From the NCBI GenBank assembly GCA_030141605.1, contig JAQGDQ010000032.1, positions 724,065-788,064 on the forward strand: 64,000 nt of DNA, written 5' to 3'. Below the pieces are notes generated by a model that worked only from the letters and a program-made list of their open reading frames with translations, was not told the DNA's origin and searched no databases. This stretch comes from Tubiluchus corallicola. Its lineage: Eukaryota; Animalia; Priapulida. The position numbers and the translations under genes are program-made. This document shows, one piece after another, positions 1 through 14,800 of the stretch (position 1 is its first letter; each line of letters opens with the position of its first letter).

Positions 1-2727
1 AACAAATTACAGTGTTTCGTGGCATCTAGATAATTTTGTACCATGTTGCTGAAGGATGTCTAGGCTATGACACCGTAATTAGAATTCCGTAAAATAGTAT
101 AATTATTACACATCATTACCATATTTGTGCATTACTATATTATCATTACTATGTACATGATACATCATTATTATATTTACAAGTGCCAAGCTAATACATG
201 TATATACTTGACATTGCATTTAAACTGTAACCGTAATTATGCTTTGCAGTGAAACTATAAACGCAATTACGGTCTTTGCAGGCATCATAAACGGTAATAA
301 GCCATTTCAGTTCTGCATGATAACATGGAGGATTACACAGTAATGCTGTTAGGTGGCACAAAGCTTTCTACAGCAATAATCATGCTGTAGCCAGCTGAAA
401 TAATAGAATTATAGCACAACAGCGAGCCGGACATGATTGTGACAGATATTCAGATCGAGGGCAAAGACCGTGAAAGACGAAAGGTATTCTGAAACCACGG
501 CGGCGAAACTATTATGCAGACATAAGGAACGGATGGTGAAGGTGATCCTTATATAAGACTGTCATGGCAAAGGAAAAATAGAAATTTGACAAAATCAAAT
601 TTTGTCATTTCAGATCACCACGTTAAAAATATCTAACTGGCCGAATTAACGATGGATTTTAATAAATGTCGCTACATAACGCAGTGTAATTAGTACTGTT
701 TACAAATGTCACCATCTATTAAAATTATTATGAAACTAATGTAAAGTATGAAAATTACAGATCTGAACTAAGCGTTTTTTGTAATGATTTGAATGTTTGT
801 AATAATAAAAAACATTAATACATACAAGTGTATAAGCAATAGATTTTATATTTTATGTCTGATTACCGTAAATTTAACTACTTACCACTAAAAAAACCAC
901 TAACTTTTCGCTACTATGCATCATTTTAGCAAAAAACAGACTTACTATGAGTTGCCCAGATATTAGACATGTATAGTACAAAAAGACTCCAGTATATTCC
1001 TCCAGGTGTGCTATTTATCTGAAATAAAAAACTGCTATTAATGTTACAAAAAATCAGTTGTTTTCGTAAATTAAGTCAGGTAGACTTCTGTCTCATTCAA
1101 ATACCGCTGTACTTAATTTTTCTAATGTTTATTAATAGCTAAAACTAACGAAAAATACCAGTTGTTGAAATTAACAAGCTTAATACTAGTTACAGAAATT
1201 TGGCGTCTTTATTCTTAACGTAGTTTCTCATTCGTATTCGTAGCTGCATTCTTATGCATGACAGGACTTGTTTACAAATTTAATTTATTACTAAGAAACT
1301 GATTTTCGCGAAGTAACAACACACCAACGTGGAGTGACTTTTAAAAGCTTCTCTGCTTCATTAAGAAAATCAAACCATGATTGTGTTCTAGTTTGCTAAT
1401 TTTAATTACTTAAAAGTTGTAATTCGCCAATATATGTCCTCTAGTGAATACTTTGTACGGAGTCTACTCTCAAAGTTGCACGTGTTCACAGATGACGTCC
1501 ATTATAGGAGCCTTAACTAAAAACGAAGTCTTGAAAACTTGAATACGAATTGAACTGAATCGAATTATAGCCATATTTCAGAATGAGTTCCATATAAACA
1601 TACACACTGAAAAACAAATCATACCACTAAGTTATACATCTTTTATTTCAATATTTAATTTTATTATTTATTTAAAGAACTAAATTACGTTACTAGGTCA
1701 TACTAGGTTACTAGTTTAAGTTACAGCACAAATTAATATATATACATACGCAAATATGCATGCTATAAAATAAATCCAACATAACCGTTAGTAAAGAACA
1801 GGAAAAGTACACAAAACTACACATGCAGTTATTGCACACAGTCTACGAAGGCATAGTTAATTTTGTGTTTTACAACAGATTGGATTTTTTTAAAAAACAC
1901 AACCAGTAACACATTTTTACGTTAATTTAGCGATTTCACATTCAGAAAAGTAAATTTGTCAATCGCAGACAAATTAAAAAGTGGGTGGGGGAGGAGAATT
2001 TCTGAAATGGCAGTAAATAACATTGAGCCTGTTCTTGAATCTCATCATTTTTGCATTCAATTGAAAATGTTTTTCATCTTCGTTTTTTTTGTTCGTTTTA
2101 CATTGTTGGCATATGCTTTCTATATGCACTAAACTCGCACTTTGGTAAAAAATTGATCTCGTTTTTTATGAACTTTGGATAGCTATTGGACTGAAATTTT
2201 GTTTAAATTGGTACACTCGTAGTTTGTTATTCTTCGATGCACTGCCAGAATTTTGTAGTTTCTTTTTCTAGCAGCTTTTATAATTATTATGAAGTTTAGC
2301 CTTTAAAGCATTCAGAAATGATTTCGATTGCGGGCGACACCTTGAAGCACAACAATGAAAAAAACAGATAATAACCAGCAATTTACGTTTTCATTAAGCA
2401 ACTTTTCGTGTTCTATAAGTAAGTTTGATATATTAATGAGTCGTATGGAGAATCTAATATTAAGCCACTATTTTCTAGTTCTACTTATTGCGTTTATTTC
2501 AATGGAATAGCGGATTCTCTGCATACGCAGAAAAACATAAAAAATTCCATAGTTCAATAACAAATTCCGTAATAATTTAGTGATCGAAAATCAAGCAGGC
2601 GTTGCCCGCGACAAATCTACGCTATCAGATGATACACTACGCCTTAAATGTTTTTCTTCTGTACAGATTTTTTTGTAATTTTGATTTCGTTTAATTTTGT
2701 AATTCAGTTTTTGTCTTTTCCAAATTG

Positions 2728-2800
2728 ACAATACAATATAATACAATACAATACAATACAATACAATACAATACAATACAATACAATACACGATACAAGA
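2728..2800 (+). repeat. (ATACA)n pentanucleotide microsatellite
   Basis: Direct tandem run of atacaatacaataca; explains the spurious CIVLY/TIQYN ORFs. Confidence 0.95.
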
Positions 2801-2829
2801 CAACGCAACCCTCCAGTGGGAACACTAGC

Positions 2830-3165
2830 CAGCGAGTTCGCTTCAAAAAGAGAACTTTTGTTTTCTTCATGTTAATAGTGACTTCTAATTTATTCATGCA
2901 ATTCACGTATTTATCAGTGAGCTGTTGCAAACCTATTATGGTAAAGGCGATAAGCGAGTGTCATCAGCATAGATCCAGTGATTTGCTTAAATATTGCCAG
3001 TGAAGCAACCTAGGTGCATAGGTGTTCGTTAGAGTATTGTCGACATCATACATATACGAATTGTTAAATTTTGGAGACAAGAGACTGCGAGGACTCAACC
3101 CATTAGAAACAACAAAATTAGCACATAAAGCTTCACATCTAATATTACAATCACGTGTGGACACT
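2830..3165 (-). mobile_element. Degenerate non-LTR retrotransposon reverse transcriptase fragment
   Basis: Minus-strand frames give LLSPKFNNSY, a YADD motif (tatgctgatgac = revcomp of 2960-2971) and QQLTD...INMKKTKVL, in RT domain order but frameshifted. Confidence 0.75.
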
Positions 3166-4860
3166 GAGATTCAAGCAATTTACATGTAGTTTCCAGTAAT
3201 TCAGTTTATCGAAAGCTGTAAACGCATCTGTGAACCAGTATGTGAGCACAGCTATTTTTCTCTATGTAAACGTTTATAATTTCGTTTAGAATGAAAGTGT
3301 AAACTTCAGTGCCACGCTTGTAAGTATGTAAGTTTGGATTTGTAACCAAACTGGTTAGATGCTATTACCAGATAATTACCATACTGCATGATAATAATAG
3401 ATTCCAGAAGTTAGTACAGCAACCGGATGATTGTTGTTAGCGTTAGTCAGGTTTCCATTTTTTTTCTTCACCCGAAGGCACGATCACACACGGTGCATTA
3501 AACTCTGAGGTAAGTAAGCATAAGTGATACATAAGGAAAAGACAATAGTTAATAATACAGGCAAACAGAGTGATGAGTATAAAAAGTTCTCGGCCATAAG
3601 GCCATCACAGCCAGCTGATTTATGTAATCTAAGTTTTTTATAGTATCATTTGCTTCGTTTGTGTATATGACAGGAATACTATTTAAATGTATGTGAAGCA
3701 AAGTGGCCCCATTTTTTGCAATCATTATCGTTATTCACACTATCAAAATGGGTTGGCAATGACCACCCCACATGTCCGCAAAAGTAAAAGAAATATGGGA
3801 CAGTACCTTGTCTTGGGGCATATGAATTCTCTTAATCGTTCATTTTTCTGTACGCCTGTACTTGTAATCTCCTCACTAATGGGATACTGTCGGAAGCATT
3901 CATTAAGTTGCAATTGACATTGATATTTTACCAGTTAGTTCTGTTCTGCCTTGTCGTTTTGGAAATATATATATAACAATGCCGCTGTTGACACCGTTAT
4001 GCAGCCTGTAGTAACTACTATAAACCACCATCTTAGTAGTTAAGCTGACTTATCAGCAGAGACATCTACTGACAAATGCCCTTCTATGGGCAGCCTTTTG
4101 AACTCTCTGGGGTAGAAGTTATATATCCCGTCTTCGTCCTGTAGTAAATTAGCAATTACAGCAGCGATTTAAAGAGAATATGACCATGTAATAGTCATTA
4201 ACTCAGCTGGCTTCCAAGCTGCAACTAGCCAACCACAGTATAATGTGACGTTGTTATAATAAATCACCAGGTTGAGACAACGAGGAGCATTTTAATGAAT
4301 TGACGTAGGTCCTACGTTATTATGCAGATCATCTCATTGCTTCTTCCGATTAGAAACAGGTTAGAAAACCATTACAAAGTACAGAGCCTGTATACCAACT
4401 TGACGACAGACATAGTAAAGTATCTTGCCTACCATAAAGGTTTATATGGAATCTACAGTATGTAGTGGGACAAACCAATTAAATTGTTAAATTTTCTAGA
4501 ACGGGAATGGAATGAGATTCCTTTTATCTTTACGGCTAAGCAAATCTCAAAAGTGTGTTATGCAGCCAGGTATAATATAGCTGATAGCATACTATTATCT
4601 TCGCTGTGATGAACTCTGCTGATTATTGTTTGACGCAGCCGTTTGCATAAGGAAGAAATGAGCCATCGCTGAAACCATTAAGTACAAAACACTTTAATTA
4701 AATGAAAACGAGCTATCTTCGTCGATTCATCGATGTTAGCTAGTATCTTCCCGCAGCAAAACACTTTCTACTTTTGCTTTATCTAATTTCCTAACAATAG
4801 CTCATTTCACCCAGACATTACTGACTCGTGCCTTTGCCCGCATTTTCTGTTGTATATATA

Positions 4861-5354
4861 GAGTAGCAGAGCTATATAAATGATTATAGTAAAATGATCA
4901 TTCCGGTAATAAATAAAGTTTTTTAAAATAGTATTTATCTAATTATGGCAGATAAACCGAAGTCTCCGGGAGCGGAATACAGGAAACAGAAAGTAAAAGA
5001 GCTGGCGAGTGGGGACATTGAATAGCAAAAAGATTCGGCCGCTAATGAAGTACTTGCAATCAGACCAGAGCTGTGGTTGCGACAGTGATGAAGATTGCTC
5101 CTCAAAAGTCCCACATGTACAATGGGGTCATAAATTCAATTTCAGATTCAATCAACACAATTAAATACACTTAATTAGTACACTGTAATGTATGTGTATA
5201 AACCTAACACACAGGTGCCATTACATTTTATTATAATATTATACAAGAAAAATTAAATTTTCGGCTGCGGTGAAGACTGTGGTGGAAGGGATTGACCGTT
5301 GAGGACAGGGCTCTAAATTTTTTTAGGGCGTCAAACTATCTAAAGACGGCCTTG
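4861..5354 (+). mobile_element. hAT-like DNA transposon remnant, copy 1
   Basis: Shares gagtagcagagctat and atctaattatggcagataaacc...tacaggaaac...gacattgaa...gctaatgaagta with 52560-52800; reads MADKPKSPGAEYRKQK like a hAT transposase N-terminus; ends in ctaaagacggccttg (CAGGGCCG-type terminus, reverse complement). Confidence 0.5.
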
Positions 5355-8159
5355 GATTTGGAATGGCATAAAATTTGTATAATTCAGAAAGCAGTCGCAG
5401 TGTATCCAGTGTGTCAATAAAGCGTTACGTATTGTAACTTCAAGGTAACTTTAGTAAGACAGAAATAATGTCGATTTACGTTCTTGTAAGTTTTCTGCAA
5501 TTTTTCGTTACACTTACATATAATATAACCTCTCAGTTGCTTAAATCTAACTGCGCAAACAATTTGTGCACCAAAATTTTAATTTGGCTAAACGCAGATG
5601 AAAGAATTTGACTCATACCGGCGTTCATACCTCATATTATTCCAACAGGCGCGCTATTAAGTTTTAAAGTGTCTGTGCAAGTCTGAGTATGTATTGTGCA
5701 CCTTTTTATTTTCTTTGCTGTGTACTTTTTCCATTTAAATAGTGGTTGTATAGTTTTGAGTTTTTTCTGTGCAATTTTTGGTTTCTGTAGCGTACTTTTG
5801 TGAAAGTCAAATTGCCTTTGTGCAACATGAATACTAAAATTTTTAAGTTAGCGTAGCATTTTCTTTTCTTCGAGTAGTGCGTGATCGCCTGCACCTTTCT
5901 GTTCAAGCCGTGTCCCTAATTTGTCAATTCTCAGAAGAGGAAGAAGCACTTGGTTTTATGTTGGTCGATATCCAGAACAATTTACATGAAAGCTTTCCTA
6001 ATTCAAAACCTACCTATTATCTTAAACACTAGAGTGCGTCCATTATACAAGTGTAGTTACACACGTTAGGCTTCATTTATGTTAAAAGGAATATTAGGAG
6101 AACGCATTTGAGTTTCCATTAAACAGGAACTATTCAGGCAAAGATGAATATTTGGAGAAGCGTGTTCAGTTAAAGCTCATGTGGTGTCTTTGTGAAAGGT
6201 AGCATTTGTTCGCTTTCCCGCGCTCAATGCGCTGTGCAAACGATCCCATCTCGTAAATGGCTTCCCTGCACGGGTTATTATGAACACAGCTGCAACAGTT
6301 AAGCAATGAGGAATAGCCTGTCAAATACGTTGAAGAAATTCGTTTGCCAGTTGTAGTCTGCATGCATTGACTCTTGAAGTAGTTTTAAGACTGATTAGTA
6401 AATGAAATGTAAAGACACCGCATATTATTTGACATCAGCAGGCCTAATATGGCACCACTTCGAGGCACCACCACCAATAATTTAATCTTTCGATTCCGTG
6501 ATTAGAAAACTAACATTACTAACTGAAAGTAATGATAACCCTAGGCTAAGCTATCAAACATGATTTAGAATTAATTTCTTGTTACTGTTATTGTTTTTAG
6601 ATCGCCTCAGGATTTCATGAGGATCAAAATAGCAAAAGTTTAAAACGTTCAGCTGTTTTACGCATTATTCTTGGCTTCGACCAGGCTGGCTTATAAACTG
6701 GGTTAATATTGGAAGAAAATAGCGACACGTTGACACTGCGGATATAAACGTTCATTCAATTATTCATTCATTCCAACGCGCCATTCACTCATTTATTTAT
6801 TTGATCATGCAATTTTTCATTTTTTCGTTCAACTACTCATTCATGTACTCGCTCTCAATTATTCAGTTATTCATTCATTTATTTTCCTACATATGATCAA
6901 TACATATGCTTTCGTGTGTAGACAGCTCTCGAATTTTAAATTCTAATATGTGAAGTGAGCGTAATCACATTATTGATGACTTGGGCTACGAGGCTGTGCT
7001 GTATCATAAAATTTATAATTATGAAAAATGTGATTGCTACAGAGTTATTTTAGACAATAATGCAATGGCTTGTCGTAATGTGATCAATTTTCATTCACTT
7101 TTTAATTTAGAACTTTTGCTTTCACAAAAGCTAGACCATAGCTCACCTCTGTAAGGAGGGGGAGACGGGGCAGACATAATTTAAGTTTACGGAAATTCTG
7201 TATAAAATTCTCATAACAATGACGTAATCACAGCCTGATAATCAGCCTCGAACCGCACAGTGAGCTAAAACCTCAGTGCGGTTCCTGGCGCCGACCAGCT
7301 CACTTCATTAGTGAATTATAGCTGCTTGTGTATATATGGTTCATACTCACCTTACCCATGTTGTTACGTTTACAATAAAAGGTTTCTCTAAAACAATACT
7401 CGCTGGTTTTTGGTTGGTGTTCATCGTTATTTCAATAGCCTTAATTAATAAGGAATTACTCAGTAAGAATAGCGCGCGTGAGCAGAAACACACACACACA
7501 CACACACACGCACGCACGCATGCACGCACGCTCATGGACTTAGTTTGTAGGCTAAATCAATTGCAAGTTCTGAAATTTTTGAGACAAAATCCGACAATTT
7601 TGTGAAAACACTAAAAAATGTCATAGCGCTCCATTCCTTGGCTTCCTCATTCATAATTCATACCCAGCATGGAATCTATAGCTTGAAGAAGTAGAAACTG
7701 GCTTCGCACAGACGAAACTGACGCCAGGTGGTTTTGACATCAAGAGGGTAAACATGTTCAAGTGAAAAAAACGTATTCAAACCGTGTGCTGTTGATAACT
7801 TCATAACAATGTTGACTTTTAATGGAGATATTTTATGATTTATTGTCAATTAGTCAATATTGTGATTTAGCATCATCTTTATGATTCATAGACTGGAGCT
7901 TAGTTTTTAATAAAATATATTAAAGCAAATAGATTACAGACCTCAGAATTATTAAATTTTTGCGCATTAGTATACATACTTTTGTTGTTCATCACTATAA
8001 GCCCTGGTTTGTATTCATTATTTACATTCACATTTTTGTTAGTTTTCATTTAAATCACACCGTCACAGCTTTTTAACTAATTCAATATCTGAGTCCCTAC
8101 CCAGATGTCTACCCTGCACAGTTCGCGACTCTGCGCACTATAGTTCTGGAGTTCACTGT

Positions 8160-8475
8160 TAAAACTCGAAGTGGCCATTGTCCTGTATTCTGACCTTTTG
8201 ACCAAGGTCTGAAGTCACCGTATTATTGTCAACGCCTTTGACTCAGGTATCTGTCCTGCAATTTCATGACCCTAACCCTCTATATGTTTGCGGGTTAACG
8301 TGCGAGTTAACATAACAAAACAACAATAACTACAATAATTCGAAATATTATAATAATGCATTATACAATAATACGAATACGAATAACATGGGTTCTCTTA
8401 GATCTGTGATGTTTACGAATAACTTGTGGACAGTAAAACATTACATGAACGAACGCGCAAGTTTGATATTCCTTT
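8160..8475 (+). repeat. Dispersed repeat; uninterrupted paralogue of 10040-10269 + 11081-11160
   Basis: Colinear similarity: gtggcca.tgtcctg ... attgtcaac ... ttcatga ... gttaacgtg ... cataacaaaacaacaa ... aataata.gaa|tacgaat ... tcttagatctg ... gaacgaac. Confidence 0.85.
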
Positions 8476-10269
8476 TCGGGGTGTTGAAGTTGCTCACACC
8501 ATTGTACTGGGTGCTGAGTATACAGGCATCAAGCGTGTTGACAACAAGCGTCAGTTATATTCATTTATACACCTAGCGTTTAGATTCACATGATTGTTCC
8601 CACATTTGATAGTTCCCGTTTAATTTTATTTATTACTACATGGCATTACGTATTAGCACTTACACTCCACTATCTAAAAATCACTTTCTTCACCACTATT
8701 TATTCCTTGTCATACTCTTTAATACCTTAATCAAAATACAAACAACGTTCAGACAAACACACATACATAATATATTCAATATTTGCCTTTGAGATATTGT
8801 ATTACTTACAATAGGTGTATATAATACTGGCACCACGAAAAAAAGACAGGATAAGAACCCATATATATATTTGAGCCAATGCAGGTGCAAACGAGATTCG
8901 AATTCAAGCCATGACACTTGAACAGCAGCATCACCACAGTTCATCGCCTTTATCACTTCTCCTTTCGTACTGATCATGAAGGAGAAACTGTATTAGCAAG
9001 AAAAAGGCATTATTATAGTGTTCAATTAAAACTAATATGAAATGCAAATGGCTGCTACAAATTAAAAATCAATACAATTATGACAGAAGTGTGTGACTGG
9101 CAACAGCTGTTTTCGTTTTTGAATTACAAAGCTCTAAATGACGCAGAATTTAATGAAAAATCATTTAACTGCTTAAAAAGCGTGAAACGCATTTCAAAAG
9201 TTTTTCTGTACGATTGGAAGTGGTTGTATGTTTATGTACAAAACAGAGCTAATGAAATTTAATACATGGTCGATCTCTTGTATATTAGTCATGGTTATTG
9301 CAATTGTTTGTACTAGTGCAGAGACTAAATAATCTTTTCATGTTCCTTACAAAAGACCTACAAAAATAATTACTGTTTGGTAGAATGTACATATAATGCG
9401 TGGATGGAATGGTTTGCATATCATTTACTGCCGCATGTATTGCTTTGAAACCAAAAGTTATTCTAAAACACATGAAAAATGGCGGTTTGCTCTGATTCAA
9501 AACGATATTTTAATAATTGTTTGTGTTATTTGAAAACCTTAACTCGAATGTAATCTATAGTTGTGCATTGTTTCTGAAAGAACAAGAACCCTTCCTGAGT
9601 GCCTACATGTTAACCTCCCCCCAACCCTCCATACATTGTGTAGACGTCAGCATCGAAAGCCGCATTCAGTTTCATGAAGAAGTGGCGGAGAAGTAGGACT
9701 TCTAAATTTTCGGAGCTAGCCCAGCAATACTCCATAAAAAGGGAAAGTCGAGAAAAGATCTCTATTATTCTGTCGGTAATGCCCAGTGTACATCCGATCG
9801 CGCATTACAAGCCTTAGCACTTTTTGTGAAATGTATGCAACAACAACAGCAACAGCAACAGCGACGGCGAAAACTACAACGACAACAATGTGAGCAAATA
9901 ATTGGCACCGACTAATTTTTTCGAGGCATGTCGTTAACTTGTTTGAATTCCTTAAATGATCTGCAATATAATAATAAAAAGCAGTAATAAAACTCAATAA
10001 AATTTTCTTTAAAAACTAAGGTTTCGGATATAAACACTTAAGACTCAAAGTGGCCAATGTCCTGCGTCCTTGATCCTATGACCGAGGTCTCAGATCATCA
10101 TATGTCTCAGATTGTCAACTCCTTTGGCCCAAGTGCCTGCTCTGCAAGTTTCATGATTCTAAACCCAATATGTTTGAGAGTTAACGTGAACTAAAGTTGA
10201 CACATAACAAAACAACAACAACTACAATAACACGAAATATTGTAATAATGCGTAATACAATAATATGAA

Positions 10270-11080
10270 CTAGCAAAGGCCCCGCAAAAGATTTTGCGTA
10301 TAAATACACGTGTAATCAATAATACGCGAACATCCTACACAGTCCTCATTTATAACACAAAGCCCGTAACATCATGCCTACTGTTTGTTTAACTAACGCA
10401 AAGCCTGTAGCTTTTTGCTGAATTAAAGTTATAAGCAGAGTAGAGTACAATGGATGACGTCAGAACAATGCCTTTGCGTCAGCAGTTTTCTAAGTGAAAA
10501 TTGCCGAAAATAGAACTCCTAATTAACTCGTTGATACTCCTCTCGGTGGACCTGCCCTAAAATATAACCCACATCATCGTGTAGCCCTGTCCTTCCTCTT
10601 TGCAAAGAGCTATATGTCTCCTTCCGAGAATCCCACCAGGCGCCGCTAGAACGTTTTTTCAGCATGCTGTTTGATCAAAATTTCGAAAAAATCGCGAGTT
10701 GGGTCCGGAAAAACGCCCGTTGCGGGACGCCGTGGCCCTCTCGGGAACTCTAAATAGGCCTATGACACCCACCGCTAAACGGGCTATCTATCCACACACA
10801 GCACCACCCTCGACCCGTTCCCGTTCTCTACATCTCAGCCGTATAACTTTTGCAAAAAACGGCCGAAAAATGGCCATTTTTGGAGGTTTTTCGCCTCCCG
10901 TTCCTCCCGGTGGGCCCGATTCGAAAAATAAACCCCCAATGAGACGACACTAGATCGAGACCTTTCGTTTGATATATAGATCGCCGCAAATGGTGCCCTC
11001 GTCCTGGCTGTAGCCTCGAATCTTATATATAAATAAATATATATATTAAGATACCAAGAATATTAATATAAGAGTATAGA
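10270..11080 (-). mobile_element. Non-autonomous Helitron
   Basis: Minus strand begins TCTATACT (11080) and ends CTAG (10270), with subterminal hairpin cgcaaaa-ga-ttttgcg (10283-10298); sits between A and T with no TSD; GC-rich interior contrasts with flanks; empty site visible in the paralogue near 8376. Confidence 0.9.
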
Positions 11081-11682
11081 TACGAATTATATGGTCTCTC
11101 TCTTAGATCTGCAGTGCTCATGAATAACGACTACGTGAACGAACTCGTAACTTTGGTGTTTCATATTTTTCATATTTTCAATTTCACAACCCCGAAGAAG
11201 GATTTTTAAATCCGAAAGTTCAGTTTTCAAAGAAAATTTTACTGGATTTTTGACAGACTTTCTTAGTGCTTCTGTTGTTTGAAAATGGCTAGAGACCCAG
11301 TAGATATAGATATATTTTTGACCTATAATTATTGTTTCACAGTGTCATTAGTAACTTCCTTACTGCGCCCTAATGCAACGGCTCGAATGTCGTCTGCTTG
11401 TGAGCGAGATCAGAATCTTCCCATTCCCAGGGTATTTTAGATGGTCAGTATTACTCTTAATTTGTAACACGAAAGGAAAAGATAGGCATCGATCGGATAA
11501 AGCTTGCTGTTCTTGTAGATGTCACAGTGCTGCAGTTGTTTTAAACGAGTGCCTGTACTGTTTTGTTGGAGAATAAATGAAATGCAGACGGCTTGGGACG
11601 ATTAAACTCCCCGTGCTGCTGTGCAACATCATCCAGCAGGCCTGTCATGCAGCCGCTAAATGCATGGCATTGACTACGGCCT

Positions 11683-11743
11683 GAGACAGAGACAGAGAGA
11701 GATAGAGGGTGTGAGAGAGAGAGAGCGAGAGAGAGAGAGAGAG

Positions 11744-11825
<82 letters not shown>
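11683..11825 (+). repeat. Compound (GA)n(GT)n microsatellite
   Basis: Direct dinucleotide runs. Confidence 0.97.
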
Positions 11826-11826
<1 letters not shown>

Positions 11827-14800
11827 CAGAGGAAGGGGAGAGAGGAAGAGAGTGGTTGGCACCCGGCGAAGTTCTTTGCATGATAATTTAAATGTAAGCC
11901 GAACTTTAGATGGAATTTTATTACACTGGAACATATTCTCTAAAACATATTTCAGCTATGTAGAAATACGAAACGTCAGACTTTACGGGCATAACAATTA
12001 GATTAGTTTAAATGTAGCAGAGTAAGTCACAATAGGGCTGTGAAAATTTCGTTTAAGTGATAATGATTACATAACTGGCTAGAAATAGTGATTTTGTCGA
12101 TTGGCTTGAGGCTCGCAAATGATGCAAAAATGATCGTTAGGCAAGGTCCAATTTTGAGCACATTCCCTATACAAACATGGTTGTAGTGTATTTTTGGAAA
12201 GATTTGTTTTCTTTGTGTTACCTATTTTCTTTAAGCCACCAAAAGTTAACTTTTGGATGATTTCTTAATGGCATTAAGTCTTGACAAATCATATAATTAC
12301 CTGCTTTGTATTTAACTGGTAAGATCTGTGTGTGTAAAGAAAACTGTCCAAAAACGTAGCTGCTGAAAAGTTAATGAAGGCAAAAAATTTGATAAAAGTT
12401 GCAGCTAAACGCAATTCTTCAGAGAATCTGTCGGGAAGGAATATTTGAATGTTTAGCAAAGTACGTATGGAACGTTATATTCCAATCTCCGATAAAGTTG
12501 CGTTCTATATTCGACTCGAAATTCAATTTTGTAGATTGTTGGTGATTATGACATATCCTTGGCGCCTTTTTGCGTTTTATGTTAAGTGCTAATAAGCCAT
12601 TTTCTGCCATTATCTCATAAAGCAAAACAATTTCCAGGCTTTAATGTCCTAGCCATTATTTCATCGCTTTCTTCATCGAAATTTGACGCTCGGGAAAAAT
12701 AACAAAATTAGGCCTACATAATACAATTTTGAAATGCTTGTATGGCGTTACCACATTTGACTGAATTTGTTCAGAGAAATTCCACTCCTGGTGAAAAGCT
12801 ACAAATCAGATATACTAACTCTAAGACACTATTTCCGCTCATTAATGCCTCATTTCCGCTCATAGGGTATATATAACTGCAGTTAAATATGAAAACTGAA
12901 ATTTATTATTTTTTTGTTTATTAAGCAACCAGTTCTTATAAAAATTTGCCCGCCACTTTTTCCTAGATGGAAGTACAATCTTTGAGCAAGATGTCTGCTT
13001 GCGTGCTTGACGTGGCATGTCACAAGCAGCCTACAATTGTCAATCAGTCAATGCAGTTTTGTGGAACAGTAAACAGTTTCACTTAAAGACGCGTATATTT
13101 TTTACGCGATTCACGAATTTGCAATGATGGCTACGACGATACGATGGCGTCATGCCTGGTTCGAGGTATTCACATATGAATAGCAAAGCGGTACCAAAAA
13201 GCAATGCTTGGCAAACATTTTCCGCTTACCGCCAGACACCATTGTCACTCATCGTACAGGTGTAACATGCTTCAAGTTAAGCCCGATTTTATATTCTGGG
13301 CCATATAAGCGAGTCAGTGTCTGGGTTTTCTTACTCTGTAATTGATCTTTGTAGCCTTTTAATATGTTCTTACTAATTACTAATTTTCCTAATTATTACT
13401 CCCACTGATTCCTTTTAGATTTTTAGCCTAGTGCTTTTGGTTACATTCGCGATTCCTCAGCCCACTACTACTAGTCTCTCACTCTGGTAGTTGCCTGCCA
13501 ATAGATCTCAACCAAGGCATGAAAGTTGTTTTGTAAATTATAATATTGACAAACTATTGTTAATATTGACAATATTGATAATATAGCACTATCACCTATA
13601 ACACGAACTTTTATCTTAAAAATGAGTAGCTGATTAAACGACCACTGACCTACAAGCTTTTCACTATTCCTTCTTAGTTACATAATTATTGAATTTGCTG
13701 CTAACTGACTGCACTTACACTAGTTATGAGTAAATAAACTGATTGAATTGATAACCTGAAACTATAATATTGGAATTCATTCCACTTTTTCCGTCTCTCC
13801 CACATACACACGCACCCTCGCAAGCACGTACCCACATACAAATGCTGCCTCCAAGACAATTACTGTTACATAGATATCAAACTGATAATTAAAGCTTGAT
13901 TGTGGTTATGTCTCCCATCACGAACAGGAAAATCAAGACTATGCATTGAGTTTGCTCTCGTATAAACAAAATTCCCCCAAAAGATATAAATACAATTTAT
14001 TGTCAATGAATTCCCAGCACCGATATTAAATTCAGCACTATCTCCATGCTTGCTCTCAAAGATTGCGTGCTTGGACGGCTTGTCACCTTTCAAGCTGCTT
14101 ATTTATGAGCTTCGGGTGATTTCGACAAAAATGGATGGTACGCGCGAAGGCTTCAACAGCTCGAGTCTGGCTGTTCATACATTTCTTCTTCGAAATCCCT
14201 TAGGATGAACATTTTGAACGACCATTGCATTTAGTTGCCTTTTCGGGTCTTTCAGTCATTATAATTTTTCCCAATTTTTTGGACCAAAAAAGCTATCAAT
14301 CGTTGTTTGACCTTGTCTGGATGATCTGGCGCGGTAGTACAAAAACTGATTTACTACTCAATGTATTAGTCTACCACCAAACTTGTTTACATACCAAGCT
14401 ATCTGCTTATCTTCCGCTTACCTGCGTGTCTAGCTACACATCTGAATGTGTCCTAATCCATGCAGGTGTCACAACATCTGCATCAGTTTTTTTTAAAATT
14501 AATAAATGCGCATTTCACCTTTCATCGGTTTTGTTGTTTAGTACGTCATGGAGTAAAACTCTCGTGTTTGCTTTTGTGCACTCTTTTTTGCTTTTTTCTT
14601 TAATTTATCATTATATAGCCAGAACAGACACAAGTTTTTCTTCCAGGCATACCAGTAGCTTTAGCATTAAATACAATAATGTGTCAATGCATTCTGTGTA
14701 AACATTTATGCATTGTAAACAAATTAATACTGTGTTCAATTGTATGCTCATGGCAAATTTCATAAACTCTAAAAAAACTGAATGATCCTTTGCGTCGATT

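Noticed and set aside
2591-3003. ORFs with CIVLY/TIQYN repeats
   Set aside because: Translations of the (ATACA)n microsatellite plus a LINE fragment.
3990-4460. Possible LTR-retrotransposon remnant
   Set aside because: Only isolated short motif resemblances; cannot be supported by eye.
11645-12001. THTH/VCVC/ERER ORFs
   Set aside because: Dinucleotide microsatellite.
14225-14701. 158-aa + strand ORF
   Set aside because: TTG start, no recognisable motifs, composition of random AT-rich sequence.
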